Source: Candidatus Nomurabacteria bacterium
Lineage (GTDB): Bacteria > Patescibacteriota > Minisyncoccia > Phycocordibacterales > UBA9973
Length of the DNA: 64,000 nucleotides
Reading direction: 5' to 3'
Assembly (NCBI GenBank): GCA_023898605.1
Contig: CP060230.1
Coordinates: forward strand, 3,944-67,943
Within the stretch, counting starts at the first letter, position 1. Every line of letters starts with the position of its first letter. A program made the position numbers and the translations under genes. This document shows positions 41,541 through 50,811 of the stretch, in pieces. Below the pieces are notes generated by a model. The model saw only the letters and a list, made by a program, of their open reading frames with translations. It searched no databases and had not been told where the DNA came from.

Positions 41541-42740
41541 ATGTTTGAATTTGAAATAACAAAAAAAGGTTCTTATAAAAAAGAGAGACTAGGAATTATA
41601 CATACAAAAAATGGTGATATACAAACGCCAGCTTTTGCTGTTGTGGGTACAAAAGCAACAGTCAAGGCCCTAACACCAAAACAAGTTTTAGAATCTGGCG
41701 CCCAGGTTATGTTGGCAAACACTTTTCATCTTTATCTTGAACCAGGTAGAGATGTTGTAAAAAAACACGGAGGTTTTGGCCCGATGGCTGCATGGCACGG
41801 TCCGACAATAACTGACTCAGGGGGGTTCCAGGCGTTTTCTCTCGGAGCGGCGTTCGGTAGAAATATATCCAAAGTAGCAAGGGGCGACGAAGACGCACTA
41901 GATCCAACAGAAGCAGATTTGGGAACAGAATCTTTTGCTAGGATTGACGAAGACGGCGTTTCTTTCAAGTCTCCAATAGATGGGAGTTTGCACAGGTTTA
42001 CGCCAGAAAGTTCTATGGAAGTTCAGTGGGATCTGGGAGCCGATATAATATTTGCTTTTGACGAGTGTACGTCTCCGATGGCTTCTTATGAATACCAAAG
42101 AGAAGCTATGGATAGAACTCATAGATGGGCAAAAAGATGCATAGATAGACATGAACAGCTCGATACCGAAAAAGTCCAAGCACTTTTTGGTGTAGTGCAA
42201 GGCGGACGTTTTGAAGACTTGCGCAAAGAATCGGCAAAAGTTTTGGGAGAAATGAACTTTGATGGTTTTGGCATAGGAGGATCTTTCAATAAGGATGATC
42301 TCGGTGAAGCTGTGGGGTGGGTGAGTGATACATTACCAGAAGAGAAACCAAGACACCTTTTGGGGATAGGAGAACCAGGCGACGTTGTACTTGGGGTGAA
42401 AGAAGGCATGGATCTTTTCGATTGTGTTTCTCCTACTCGCATAGCAAGAAACGGAAGGCTTCATACCAGAAACGGAGATATAAATATATTTAACGCATCT
42501 TACAAGAATGATTTTTCTAGAATTGAGGAAGGTTGCGAGTGTTATACTTGTCAGAATTTTACTAAGGCCTATATAGCACACCTTTTCAGGTCAAAAGAAA
42601 TGCTTGCAGGTACTCTTGCCTCGATACACAATGTTTATTTTATGAACAAACTTTTTTCTGATATAAGGGACTCAATAAAAGAAGACAGATTTGAAGAGTT
42701 TGAAAAAGAATTTTTTTCAAAATATTATGCAAAAAAATAA
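41541..42740 (+). CDS. tgt: queuine tRNA-ribosyltransferase (tRNA-guanine transglycosylase)
   Basis: The TIM-barrel TGT motifs TPAFAVVGTKATVKALTP, FQAFSLG and DECT, plus a C-terminal Zn site (CECYTC..H), are present. Confidence 0.85.
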   Translation: MFEFEITKKGSYKKERLGIIHTKNGDIQTPAFAVVGTKATVKALTPKQVLESGAQVMLANTFHLYLEPGRDVVKKHGGFGPMAAWHGPTITDSGGFQAFSLGAAFGRNISKVARGDEDALDPTEADLGTESFARIDEDGVSFKSPIDGSLHRFTPESSMEVQWDLGADIIFAFDECTSPMASYEYQREAMDRTHRWAKRCIDRHEQLDTEKVQALFGVVQGGRFEDLRKESAKVLGEMNFDGFGIGGSFNKDDLGEAVGWVSDTLPEEKPRHLLGIGEPGDVVLGVKEGMDLFDCVSPTRIARNGRLHTRNGDINIFNASYKNDFSRIEEGCECYTCQNFTKAYIAHLFRSKEMLAGTLASIHNVYFMNKLFSDIRDSIKEDRFEEFEKEFFSKYYAKK

Positions 42741-42972
42741 ACCACAAAAAGGGGATATATACATTCATTACAAAGATCAAGATAAAAAATATGAAATAGT
42801 TTCTTTGGCTTTTGATACAGAGTCAGAAAAAGAAGTTGTAGTTTATAAACCTTTGTATGAACCTAATCATCTTTCTGGTACAGAGATGGATTTTTTTGTT
42901 AGAGAAATCAATATTTTCATGGAAGATATTGAGATAGAGGGAAATTTAATCCCAAGATTTAGAAAAGTATAA
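42727..42972 (+). CDS. DUF1653-like small protein
   Basis: GDIYIHYKDQDKKYEIVSLAFDTESEKEVVVYKPLY..IPRF matches the DUF1653 pattern (YRHYKG..Y.V...A.HTET.E..VVYR.LY...PRF). Its start overlaps the tgt stop by ~14 nt. Confidence 0.5.
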   Translation: MQKNKPQKGDIYIHYKDQDKKYEIVSLAFDTESEKEVVVYKPLYEPNHLSGTEMDFFVREINIFMEDIEIEGNLIPRFRKV

Positions 42973-42977
42973 AAAGC

Positions 42978-43011
42978 ATAACACAAAACTACGATCGTAG
43001 TTTTGTGTTAT
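42978..43011. repeat. perfect 34-bp palindrome
   Basis: ataacacaaaactacga/tcgtagttttgtgttat has no loop. It lies between the DUF1653 gene and the downstream lipoprotein gene. Confidence 0.6.
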
Positions 43012-43068
43012 CTATGCTTGGCTTAATTTGACTTATCTTTTTCATAGGAGTAATCTCAAGAAAAAGAC

Positions 43069-43539
43069 TTGCTCATGAAAAATATACTGATAGTGTTATT
43101 CTTTTTGTTTGAGCTTGCTTCTTGCGCTCTTTTTGGAGATAAAAAGATTTCTTCCAATGATTACTCAGATTATGACATGATAATCTTGATTCCTATCGAG
43201 ACAAAAACCGATCCGGAAAAAACAGTCAGAGACTATTATCTCAATCTGGGACTGTCTAGAGATGAAATTCTTTTTATTGATTCACTTGATTCTTGTCGGG
43301 ATACTCTCGATGAGATATTGAGAGAAGATCCAGAATACTTTTTCTATGAAATAAGTGAAGACCTTATCTTGATAGAGATGTCTCTTATTATTTTTTTATC
43401 GGAAAAAGAAAGGGGTACGCCTGAAGAAGAGCTTATGTTCCCATTGCCTTACATAGTCACAAAGTACCGAGATTTTATCCGGGATTGCGGTTGTGACGGA
43501 GAAGCCTATAAACATAACAAAAGATACAGAAAGTCTTGA
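43069..43539 (+). CDS. putative lipoprotein (hypothetical)
   Basis: The signal peptide ends in a lipobox-like LASC. The mature part is acidic, with a Cys-rich C-terminus (DCGCDGE). Confidence 0.35.
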   Translation: MLMKNILIVLFFLFELASCALFGDKKISSNDYSDYDMIILIPIETKTDPEKTVRDYYLNLGLSRDEILFIDSLDSCRDTLDEILREDPEYFFYEISEDLILIEMSLIIFLSEKERGTPEEELMFPLPYIVTKYRDFIRDCGCDGEAYKHNKRYRKS

Positions 43540-43567
43540 GTCCGTGCTTGCACGGACTTTTTATTTT
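43539..43567 (+). terminator. rho-independent terminator
   Basis: An agtccgtg-cttg-cacggact hairpin is followed by ttttatttt. Confidence 0.6.
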
Positions 43568-43606
43568 GGTCTTTTTGTGTCAAAGTAGAGTTGTTATACA
43601 TACATT

Positions 43607-43753
43607 ATGTCCAAGCCATTTAAGCTAGAAAGTTCATATAAGCCATCAGGTGATCCCAGAACGAAAGAATTCACAATATATGGTAATTCTTCGTACGGGA
43701 CGAGATGTGGTAATCTAATGTTTTGTTTATGTCAAAAAGTATTTTTAAATTAA
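43607..43753 (+). pseudogene. duplicated 5' fragment of uvrB (N-terminal 16 codons) forming a 48-codon ORF
   Basis: The ORF begins MSKPFKLESSYKPSGD, and the bona fide UvrB ~120 bp downstream begins MSKSIFKLNSSFAPSGDQ. The nucleotide similarity is ~70% over ~50 bp, and the ORF then diverges. Confidence 0.4.
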
Positions 43754-45834
43754 ATAGCTCGTTTGCTCCGTCAGGTGATCAGCCCCAAGCAATAAAGGGG
43801 CTTTTGGGTGGTCTAGACAAGGGTTACGAAAGGCAAACACTACTTGGTGCAACGGGTACAGGAAAGACGTTTACCATGGCAAATGTTATCGAGTCTTGGG
43901 GTAAGGCAACACTTGTGATAGCTCATAACAAAACTCTAGCAGCCCAGCTTGCCAGTGAGTTCAAAGAGTTTTTCCCAAACCATGCAGTTCACTATTTTGT
44001 TTCTTATTACGACTTCTATCAACCTGAAGCGTATTTGCCAGTTACCGATACTTATATAGAAAAAGACGCTCAAATCAACGAAGAAATCGACAGACTAAGA
44101 CACGCCTCAACCCAAGCTCTTCTGACGAGAAAAGATACTATAATTGTTGCTTCCGTTTCTTGTATATATGGCCTCGGTAGTCCAAAAGAGTACGAGAGTG
44201 TAAATATGAGGATAAACATTGGAGATACTATTTCTAGGAGTGATTTTATGAAAAAACTCATCGAAATACATTTCGAGAGAACAAACGCGGACTTGTCTTC
44301 CGGAACATTTAGATCTATTGGTTCTAGGGTAGACGTTATGCCTATTTCAGAAACTTTTTATTATCAGATAGATTTTTCTGGTAATGTCATAGAAAAAATT
44401 ACAAAAATAGAACCAATAAGTTCTTCTGTAATCTCTGATGAAAAAAGTATATTTATTTTTCCAGCAAAGCACTTCATCACAAAGAAAGATGAAAGAGAAA
44501 GAGCGATTAGAGATATAAAGGAGGAGCTCAAGATACAATTGAAAAAACTTGAGAAAGAAGGAAAGCTTCTTGAGGCAGAAAGATTAAAGAGAAGAACTAA
44601 TTATGACCTAGCTATGATCAAAGAAGTTGGTTATTGTTCTGGTATCGAAAATTACTCTAGACATTTTTCTGGTAAGAGTGAGGGTGAACCACCAGAGACA
44701 CTTCTTTCTTATTTTCCGCATAACGAAGATGGAACACCAGACTTTCTAACCATTATCGATGAATCTCATGTTACACTCCCACAACTTCGTGCAATGCACA
44801 GAGGGGATGCTTCTCGTAAAACGACTCTAGTTGAACATGGTTTTCGTTTGCCGTCGGCCAAAGACAACAGACCTCTAAGATACGAAGAATTTGTAGAGAG
44901 AATAGGACAAGTTATATACACATCTGCAACACCAGGTGAAGAAGAGAAAACTACAAGTGATCAAATTGTTGAACAAATCATAAGACCAACAGGACTTGTA
45001 GACCCAGAAACTATCATAAGGCCAGTTGTCCCTACTTTTTCGGATACAAAGGCTAAAACTTTGTCTAAAGGACAAAGTTCGCCCGATCCTTCGCGGAGCG
45101 AAGGATATAAGGGTCAGGTGAAAGATTTTATCGATGAAGCGGTTTCGACCATATCTGGAGGGGGGCGTGTTCTTGCTACAACTCTAACTAAAAAAATGGC
45201 GGAAGATTTGGCAAGTTATCTAAAAGAAAAAGATATCAATGCAGAATATTTGCATAGCGATATAGAAACACTAGATAGAATAAAACTTCTAACAGAGTTT
45301 AGAAAAGGGAAGTTCGATTGTCTTGTAGGAGTGAATCTTCTACGTGAAGGACTAGACTTGCCAGAAGTTGAGCTTATCGGGATACTCGACGCAGACAAAG
45401 AGGGATTTTTGAGAAGTGAAACTTCGCTTATTCAGACTATTGGTCGTGCAGCTAGAAACGTAAAAGGTAGAGTAATACTATATGCAGATATCATGACCGG
45501 TTCACTTGATAGGGCTATAAACGAAACAGCCAGAAGGCGAGCTATTCAAATAGAGTACAACAAAAAACACGGAATAACTCCAAAGACGATAGAGAAAAAG
45601 ATCAAAGACATAACTGAAGAAATCGTGAGAGAGCATGACAAGAGTGTTATGTATAACTTGGCTCTTGACTTAGAAGTGTTTGGTGCACTTGATGGAGATA
45701 AAAAAGCTAGCGCTATAAAGAAAATAATAAAACAAAAAGAAAAAGAGATGAATCAAGCCGTGAAAGAACTCGACTTTGAAACAGCGGCAATTTTGAGAGA
45801 CGAAATAAAAATATTAAATTCAAAAATTATTTAA
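43729..45834 (+). CDS. uvrB: excinuclease ABC subunit B
   Basis: It has the conserved UvrB N-terminus (KLNSSFAPSGDQPQAIKGLL), helicase motifs I-VI (GATGTGKT, DESH), and a C-terminal UvrB/UvrC interaction motif (DFETAAILRDEI). The ATG is at 43729; the ORF track used an upstream TTG. Confidence 0.95.
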   Translation: MSKSIFKLNSSFAPSGDQPQAIKGLLGGLDKGYERQTLLGATGTGKTFTMANVIESWGKATLVIAHNKTLAAQLASEFKEFFPNHAVHYFVSYYDFYQPEAYLPVTDTYIEKDAQINEEIDRLRHASTQALLTRKDTIIVASVSCIYGLGSPKEYESVNMRINIGDTISRSDFMKKLIEIHFERTNADLSSGTFRSIGSRVDVMPISETFYYQIDFSGNVIEKITKIEPISSSVISDEKSIFIFPAKHFITKKDERERAIRDIKEELKIQLKKLEKEGKLLEAERLKRRTNYDLAMIKEVGYCSGIENYSRHFSGKSEGEPPETLLSYFPHNEDGTPDFLTIIDESHVTLPQLRAMHRGDASRKTTLVEHGFRLPSAKDNRPLRYEEFVERIGQVIYTSATPGEEEKTTSDQIVEQIIRPTGLVDPETIIRPVVPTFSDTKAKTLSKGQSSPDPSRSEGYKGQVKDFIDEAVSTISGGGRVLATTLTKKMAEDLASYLKEKDINAEYLHSDIETLDRIKLLTEFRKGKFDCLVGVNLLREGLDLPEVELIGILDADKEGFLRSETSLIQTIGRAARNVKGRVILYADIMTGSLDRAINETARRRAIQIEYNKKHGITPKTIEKKIKDITEEIVREHDKSVMYNLALDLEVFGALDGDKKASAIKKIIKQKEKEMNQAVKELDFETAAILRDEIKILNSKII

Positions 45835-45855
45835 TTATTTAATCAATATTAATTT

Positions 45856-46386
45856 ATGACAACAGCAGAAAGTTTATTTATATTAGTAACAATTATTGGT
45901 TTTTTAGTTTTTATTTTTTTAAAAAAAGTTAATTGGAAAGGTTTAGGTTTTAAGCCAAATTCTTTTTTAAAAGGTTGGTGGTTGATTGTACTTTTTAATA
46001 TTATTATTTTTTGTTTAGTTCAATTTGCATTAATTAAAAAATTTATAAGTCTTCCAGTGTGGATGTTAGATAAAGATCCAATAATACCACTTTTTGCGAT
46101 AACATTTTTACAAGAGATATTATTTAGGGGTGTTATAATAAACTTTTTTGAAAAGTTCGGGAAAAGAAAAGCTTTATGGATTAGTATTACTATTTTTGTT
46201 TTATTCCATTTAATAGCTCCATATACTTGGAACAGTGTCGGTCTTATTTTTGCAGGATTAACTCTTGTTGCGGGATATTTTTGGGGTTGGCACTTCTTAA
46301 AATATAGAAATATATATATGTTAGGCGTTTCCCATTTCTTGGTAAACTTAAGTTTTAACTTTGTATTTTTTGAGTTACTTTCGTAG
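45856..46386 (+). CDS. CPBP-family intramembrane metalloprotease (CAAX protease-like)
   Basis: Multi-TM with the EExxxR motif (LQEILFRGV) and the FxxxH motif (FVLFHL), plus a second conserved His (GVSHFLVN). Confidence 0.6.
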   Translation: MTTAESLFILVTIIGFLVFIFLKKVNWKGLGFKPNSFLKGWWLIVLFNIIIFCLVQFALIKKFISLPVWMLDKDPIIPLFAITFLQEILFRGVIINFFEKFGKRKALWISITIFVLFHLIAPYTWNSVGLIFAGLTLVAGYFWGWHFLKYRNIYMLGVSHFLVNLSFNFVFFELLS

Positions 46387-46389
46387 TTT

Positions 46390-47391
46390 TTATATTGAGA
46401 TTTCTTCTATTTCCGGATTTCTTAACCTTTCTAGGAATCTATCTACACTATATCTACCACCTCCAGTTATAAATAGAACTGACAGAACTCCAAACAGTGT
46501 TATGTGTGAGTACACATCTTCTTTGAAATAGAAGAATGTTGTTGTTATAACGAAAAATGCAATTGTTGCAGTAAGTCTTGTCTGAAAACCGATAAGTAGA
46601 AATAGTCCGACAACAAGCTCTATAACCGCAACAGACAAGATCCACATAGCACTAGATACATCTATAACTCCTTGTAGGTTGTATAGGTTTACTACAGTTT
46701 CAGAAAAGTGTGGGTTTAGAAGTTTCTCAAATAGTGCAAGATAGATAAGTGCGCTACCGATACCCACTCGAAGGATGAAAGAGATATATGGTTTCAGGTG
46801 CTGGAAAGAAAGTCTCCTTAGTCCGATTATGTCATCTATGCCGGGTCTAGGATTTTCTAGTATAAGTAGACATATTGCGGCTGCTAGAAATTCTATATTT
46901 CCAAAAATATAAAAGTCTTGGAATATTGCACTGAAAAATAGTGCACAAGCTACTATTGTCATAGGTAGAAGCATAAAACCAGCAAGTAGGAAGAAACCAA
47001 CAAAGAGTTCTATGACGGCGATAGTTTCTCCAGCTGAAGCAAGAGGAGATATCAGTGCGCCCTTGGCACCGGCACCCATGAGAGCTATACCTAGGGATAG
47101 TCTAAGTATCCACGGTATGAATTCTCCATAGGAGTGTATTCTCTTTTTCATTTCATCTATTTTTTGTCCAACAAAGTAACTTTTGTGTGCCGCAAAATAA
47201 AGAACAAGTACAACAAGTATTGTGATAAGCATCATTAGTAGGTTCGTTGGATTGTGAAGGGCAGAGAATAGAAAACCAAAATCATTTCCTTTGGTTACTT
47301 CCAGTGTTCCTTCTGGAACCACATATCCGACGTGTGCGCTTGTAATTTTCGGTAATAGTATTGTAGCTAGTATAGATGTTATGTATTTCAT
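46390..47391 (-). CDS. DoxX-family membrane protein (tandem DoxX-like halves)
   Basis: It is polytopic with two DoxX-like blocks (ILRLSLGIALMGAGAKG... and ILRVGIGSALIYLALFEK...). Confidence 0.45.
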   Translation of the reverse strand: MKYITSILATILLPKITSAHVGYVVPEGTLEVTKGNDFGFLFSALHNPTNLLMMLITILVVLVLYFAAHKSYFVGQKIDEMKKRIHSYGEFIPWILRLSLGIALMGAGAKGALISPLASAGETIAVIELFVGFFLLAGFMLLPMTIVACALFFSAIFQDFYIFGNIEFLAAAICLLILENPRPGIDDIIGLRRLSFQHLKPYISFILRVGIGSALIYLALFEKLLNPHFSETVVNLYNLQGVIDVSSAMWILSVAVIELVVGLFLLIGFQTRLTATIAFFVITTTFFYFKEDVYSHITLFGVLSVLFITGGGRYSVDRFLERLRNPEIEEISI

Positions 47392-47423
47392 ACAAAAATA
47401 TTATATAACTTTGAGTTCAAATA

Positions 47424-47456
47424 AAAAAGCCGTGTTTTACACGGCTTTCTTTTTTG
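47424..47456. terminator. bidirectional hairpin terminator
   Basis: aaaaaagccgtg-tttta-cacggctttctttttt. Confidence 0.55.
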
Positions 47457-47712
47457 GGGACTGTTCATATTCCAGACTTCGTGCCTCTTCAACACTCAAC
47501 CTTTGTGTGAATTCAACCTCAAACACCTGCTTCTTGCTGTTTGGACTATAGTTTACATCCTCTTTATATAATATGAGAACATAGTCGCTCTTTCTTAGAT
47601 TGAGGTTTTTGATATAGTCTTTGAGGTCAAGAACGCTTCTTTTTATTTCTCTTTTTCCCCCTCTTTGGTGGTATATGGGCCCTAAGTGGCGCATATTTAC
47701 TACTTTTCCCAT
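47437..47712 (-). CDS. small basic hypothetical protein
   Basis: A 91-aa ORF with no recognised motif, followed by a terminator on its strand. Confidence 0.25.
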   Translation of the reverse strand: MGKVVNMRHLGPIYHQRGGKREIKRSVLDLKDYIKNLNLRKSDYVLILYKEDVNYSPNSKKQVFEVEFTQRLSVEEARSLEYEQSPKKKAV

Positions 47713-47760
47713 AAGGTTCAGTTTTTCTGTATAATATACTTATATTTTATTTTTTCAACT

Positions 47761-48012
47761 ATGGAGACATTTACACAAAAAGTTCTAAAAGTCGTATCCA
47801 AAATAAAGAAAGGTGAGACCATGAGTTATTCTGAGGTTGCAAAAAGAGCAGGGAGCCCAAAAGCTTCTCGCGTCGTTGGTAGTATCATGAAGAAAAATTA
47901 TGACACCAAAATCCCATGTCATAGAGTTATAAAGTCAGACGGTACTCCGGGTCAATACAATCGTGGAAAAGAAAACAAAATAAAAATACTCAAAAAAGAA
48001 GGGGCCATATAG
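47761..48012 (+). CDS. ogt: O6-alkylguanine-DNA alkyltransferase, C-terminal DNA-binding/catalytic domain only
   Basis: An HTH (MSYSEVAKRAGSPKASRVVGSIM) is followed by the active-site PCHRV with the acceptor Cys retained, so it is not an Atl-type PWHRV. It is 83 aa from the internal ATG. Confidence 0.65.
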   Translation: METFTQKVLKVVSKIKKGETMSYSEVAKRAGSPKASRVVGSIMKKNYDTKIPCHRVIKSDGTPGQYNRGKENKIKILKKEGAI

Positions 48013-48100
48013 ATCTTCTAAAAATTGTTTTTCGTGCTATAATCTCACCATCTAAATATAGATACACCCCCACTATCTCTTGTTTGGGGGCGTTTGGCTT

Positions 48101-50782
48101 ATGGCAAAAGAAAAAGACAACAAAAAAGAAGATTGGATAAAGGTTAAGGGTGCAAAAACTCATAATCTTAAAAATATCGATGTAGAAATGCCACGAAACA
48201 AAATGGTGGCTATTACTGGTATGAGCGGCTCGGGCAAGAGTTCGCTTGCTTTCGATACTATATTTGCAGAAGGTCAAAGAAGATATGTAGAGAGTCTTTC
48301 TGCATATGCTAGACAGTTTTTGAACCAGATGCCAAAACCAGACGTCGATGAAATAGTTGGTCTTTCTCCGGCAATATCTATCGATCAGAAGACAAGGTCC
48401 AACAATCCACGTTCTACTGTCGCAACGATAACAGAGATATATGACTATCTTCGTGTGATGTTTGCCAGAGTTGGTAGACCGTACTGTCCGCTTTGTGGAG
48501 AAGAAATAAAAAAACTTTCAAACGAAGAAATCATCTCTTTTGTTTTTTCAAAAGTAGAAGAAGAAATCAAAAAAACCAAAAAAGAAAAAAGAGAAGTAAT
48601 GGGTCTAAGTCAATCAAAAGGATTGACCGACCGAACTTCCCAGAGGGAAGTTTTAGGTATATCTTGGGATGAAAGTCCGGTTACTGTTTTTTCTCCTATA
48701 GTTCGCGGTAGAAAGGGTGAGTACTACCAACTACTTTATGATCTACTAAACAAAGGTTATGCAAAGGTTAGAATAGATGGAGGTATAAAAAATCTTCGTG
48801 ACAGGATAGATCTGTCCAAAACAAAAAAACACGATATCGATATATTTGTCGACGAGCTTTTCTTTCACGAGTTTGTTGGTGAAGAAAAGTCTACAACTAG
48901 AACAAGACTTGCAGAAGCAGTAGAAAGAGCACTTCTGGAGGCTGACGGCCTCGTAACTATAAAAATTGGTGATGAAGAAATGACACTCTCTTCCAAGTTT
49001 GCATGTCCAAACGACGGTTTTTCTTTTCCAGAGATAGAACCTAGACTTTTCTCATTCAACTCTCCATATGGTGCTTGTGAAGTATGTAATGGTATAGGAA
49101 CCAAGTTTTTTGGAGGTGATGAGCCGTGCGAAACGTGTTTGGGTGCGAGACTTAGAAAAGAAGCTCTCAATGTTTTTCTAATCTCTGGAAAGAAGAAAGT
49201 AAATATCCTAGACCTCGTCTCGCTGTCTGTTACTGATGCAGTGGACTTTTTTATAGAACTAAAACTTTCTCAGCAAGAAAAAGAGATCGCTAAAACAGTT
49301 GTTAGAGAAATTGAAACCAGACTTCAGTTTTTGTCAGACGTTGGACTTGGATATCTGTCACTAGATAGAAAGGCGGGAACGCTTTCTGGTGGAGAAAGCC
49401 AGCGTATAAGACTCGCTTCTCAGCTAGGTTCTAGACTTGTTGGTGCGATGTATGTACTTGATGAGCCAACTATAGGACTACACCAAAGGGACAACGACAG
49501 ACTTATAAAAACTCTTCTGAATCTACGAGATCTCGGTAACACTATAATTATTGTAGAACATGATGAAGATACGATATATGCTTCTGACTACATAGTAGAT
49601 ATAGGTCCAAAGGCGGGCGTTCATGGTGGAGAAGTTATTGCTATGGGATTTCTAGATGAATTTCTTTCTGCTGACAAACTACCCAAAGCTGTGAGTGACT
49701 CTAGAACATTGCGATATCTTCGAAACGAAGAATTGATAGAACTCCCAGAAAAGAGAAGAACAAGCGAGAAGGGTAAAATCCAGATTCGTGGAGGAAATGT
49801 TTTCAATATAAAAAATATGGATGTAGATATTCCTCTAGGAAAGATGGTTTGTATAACCGGTGTTTCTGGTTCTGGAAAAAGTTCTTTTATGTACGAGATT
49901 TTGCACAGAAACTTAGAAGCCAAGTTTGAAAAGAGACGAAGAAGTATATCGACTTATAATTGCAAAAGCTTTTCTGGATCAGAGTATCTTTCTAGATCTG
50001 TTCTCATAGATCAGTCTCCGATAGGTAGAACACCTAGGTCAAACATCGCAACTTATACAGGAGCATTTACTCATATAAGAGATATATTTTCTGCGACAGA
50101 AGAAGCAAGGTTCCGTGGCTGGAAACCAAACAGATTCTCTTTCAATGTAAAAGGTGGTAGATGTGAAGCTTGCGAAGGTAATGGTCAGATTGCAGTAGAG
50201 ATGCACTTTCTACCAACGGTTTATGTAACTTGTGATGTTTGTGGTGGAAAGAGGTTCGACAAAGAAACACTCCTAGTAAAGTACAAAGGAAAAAATATCC
50301 ACGATGTACTCCAAATGACAGTAGAAGAAGCTGTAGATTTCTTCGAAGATATTCCTGCTGTGGCCGATCGTTTAAGTACTTTAAACGATGTAGGCCTAGG
50401 TTACATAAAGTTAGGCCAGAGTGCTACGACACTTTCTGGAGGAGAAGCACAAAGAGTCAAAATATCTTCTGAGCTTTATCGAAGACACACAGAGAAAACT
50501 ATATATCTTCTAGATGAACCAACCGTGGGATTGCACTATGATGATGTGGCAAAACTGTTAGAGGTTTTGAAGATGCTGGTAGAAAAAGGGCATACAGTCG
50601 TGCTTATAGAACACCATATGGATATCATAAAATCTTCTGACTATATAATCGACATAGGTCCAGAGGGTGGAGTTGGTGGAGGTAGAATCATTGCAAAAGG
50701 TACGCCAGAAGATGTTGCAGATAATCCAAAAAGTTATACTGGTCAGTATCTCAAAAAAGTTTTGAAAATAAAGAAAAAATAA
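48101..50782 (+). CDS. uvrA: excinuclease ABC subunit A
   Basis: It has two ABC ATPase modules (GMSGSGKSSLAFDTI; GVSGSGKSS; two LSGGE signatures) and Zn-finger cysteines (CPLCGEE, CEVCNG, CEACEGNG, CDVCGG). Confidence 0.95.
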   Translation: MAKEKDNKKEDWIKVKGAKTHNLKNIDVEMPRNKMVAITGMSGSGKSSLAFDTIFAEGQRRYVESLSAYARQFLNQMPKPDVDEIVGLSPAISIDQKTRSNNPRSTVATITEIYDYLRVMFARVGRPYCPLCGEEIKKLSNEEIISFVFSKVEEEIKKTKKEKREVMGLSQSKGLTDRTSQREVLGISWDESPVTVFSPIVRGRKGEYYQLLYDLLNKGYAKVRIDGGIKNLRDRIDLSKTKKHDIDIFVDELFFHEFVGEEKSTTRTRLAEAVERALLEADGLVTIKIGDEEMTLSSKFACPNDGFSFPEIEPRLFSFNSPYGACEVCNGIGTKFFGGDEPCETCLGARLRKEALNVFLISGKKKVNILDLVSLSVTDAVDFFIELKLSQQEKEIAKTVVREIETRLQFLSDVGLGYLSLDRKAGTLSGGESQRIRLASQLGSRLVGAMYVLDEPTIGLHQRDNDRLIKTLLNLRDLGNTIIIVEHDEDTIYASDYIVDIGPKAGVHGGEVIAMGFLDEFLSADKLPKAVSDSRTLRYLRNEELIELPEKRRTSEKGKIQIRGGNVFNIKNMDVDIPLGKMVCITGVSGSGKSSFMYEILHRNLEAKFEKRRRSISTYNCKSFSGSEYLSRSVLIDQSPIGRTPRSNIATYTGAFTHIRDIFSATEEARFRGWKPNRFSFNVKGGRCEACEGNGQIAVEMHFLPTVYVTCDVCGGKRFDKETLLVKYKGKNIHDVLQMTVEEAVDFFEDIPAVADRLSTLNDVGLGYIKLGQSATTLSGGEAQRVKISSELYRRHTEKTIYLLDEPTVGLHYDDVAKLLEVLKMLVEKGHTVVLIEHHMDIIKSSDYIIDIGPEGGVGGGRIIAKGTPEDVADNPKSYTGQYLKKVLKIKKK

Positions 50783-50811
50783 AAAAGCCGGAATGATTTC
50801 CGGCTTTTTTC
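50781..50811. terminator. bidirectional rho-independent terminator between convergent uvrA and the P-type ATPase
   Basis: aaaaaagccggaa-tgat-ttccggctttttt. Confidence 0.65.
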
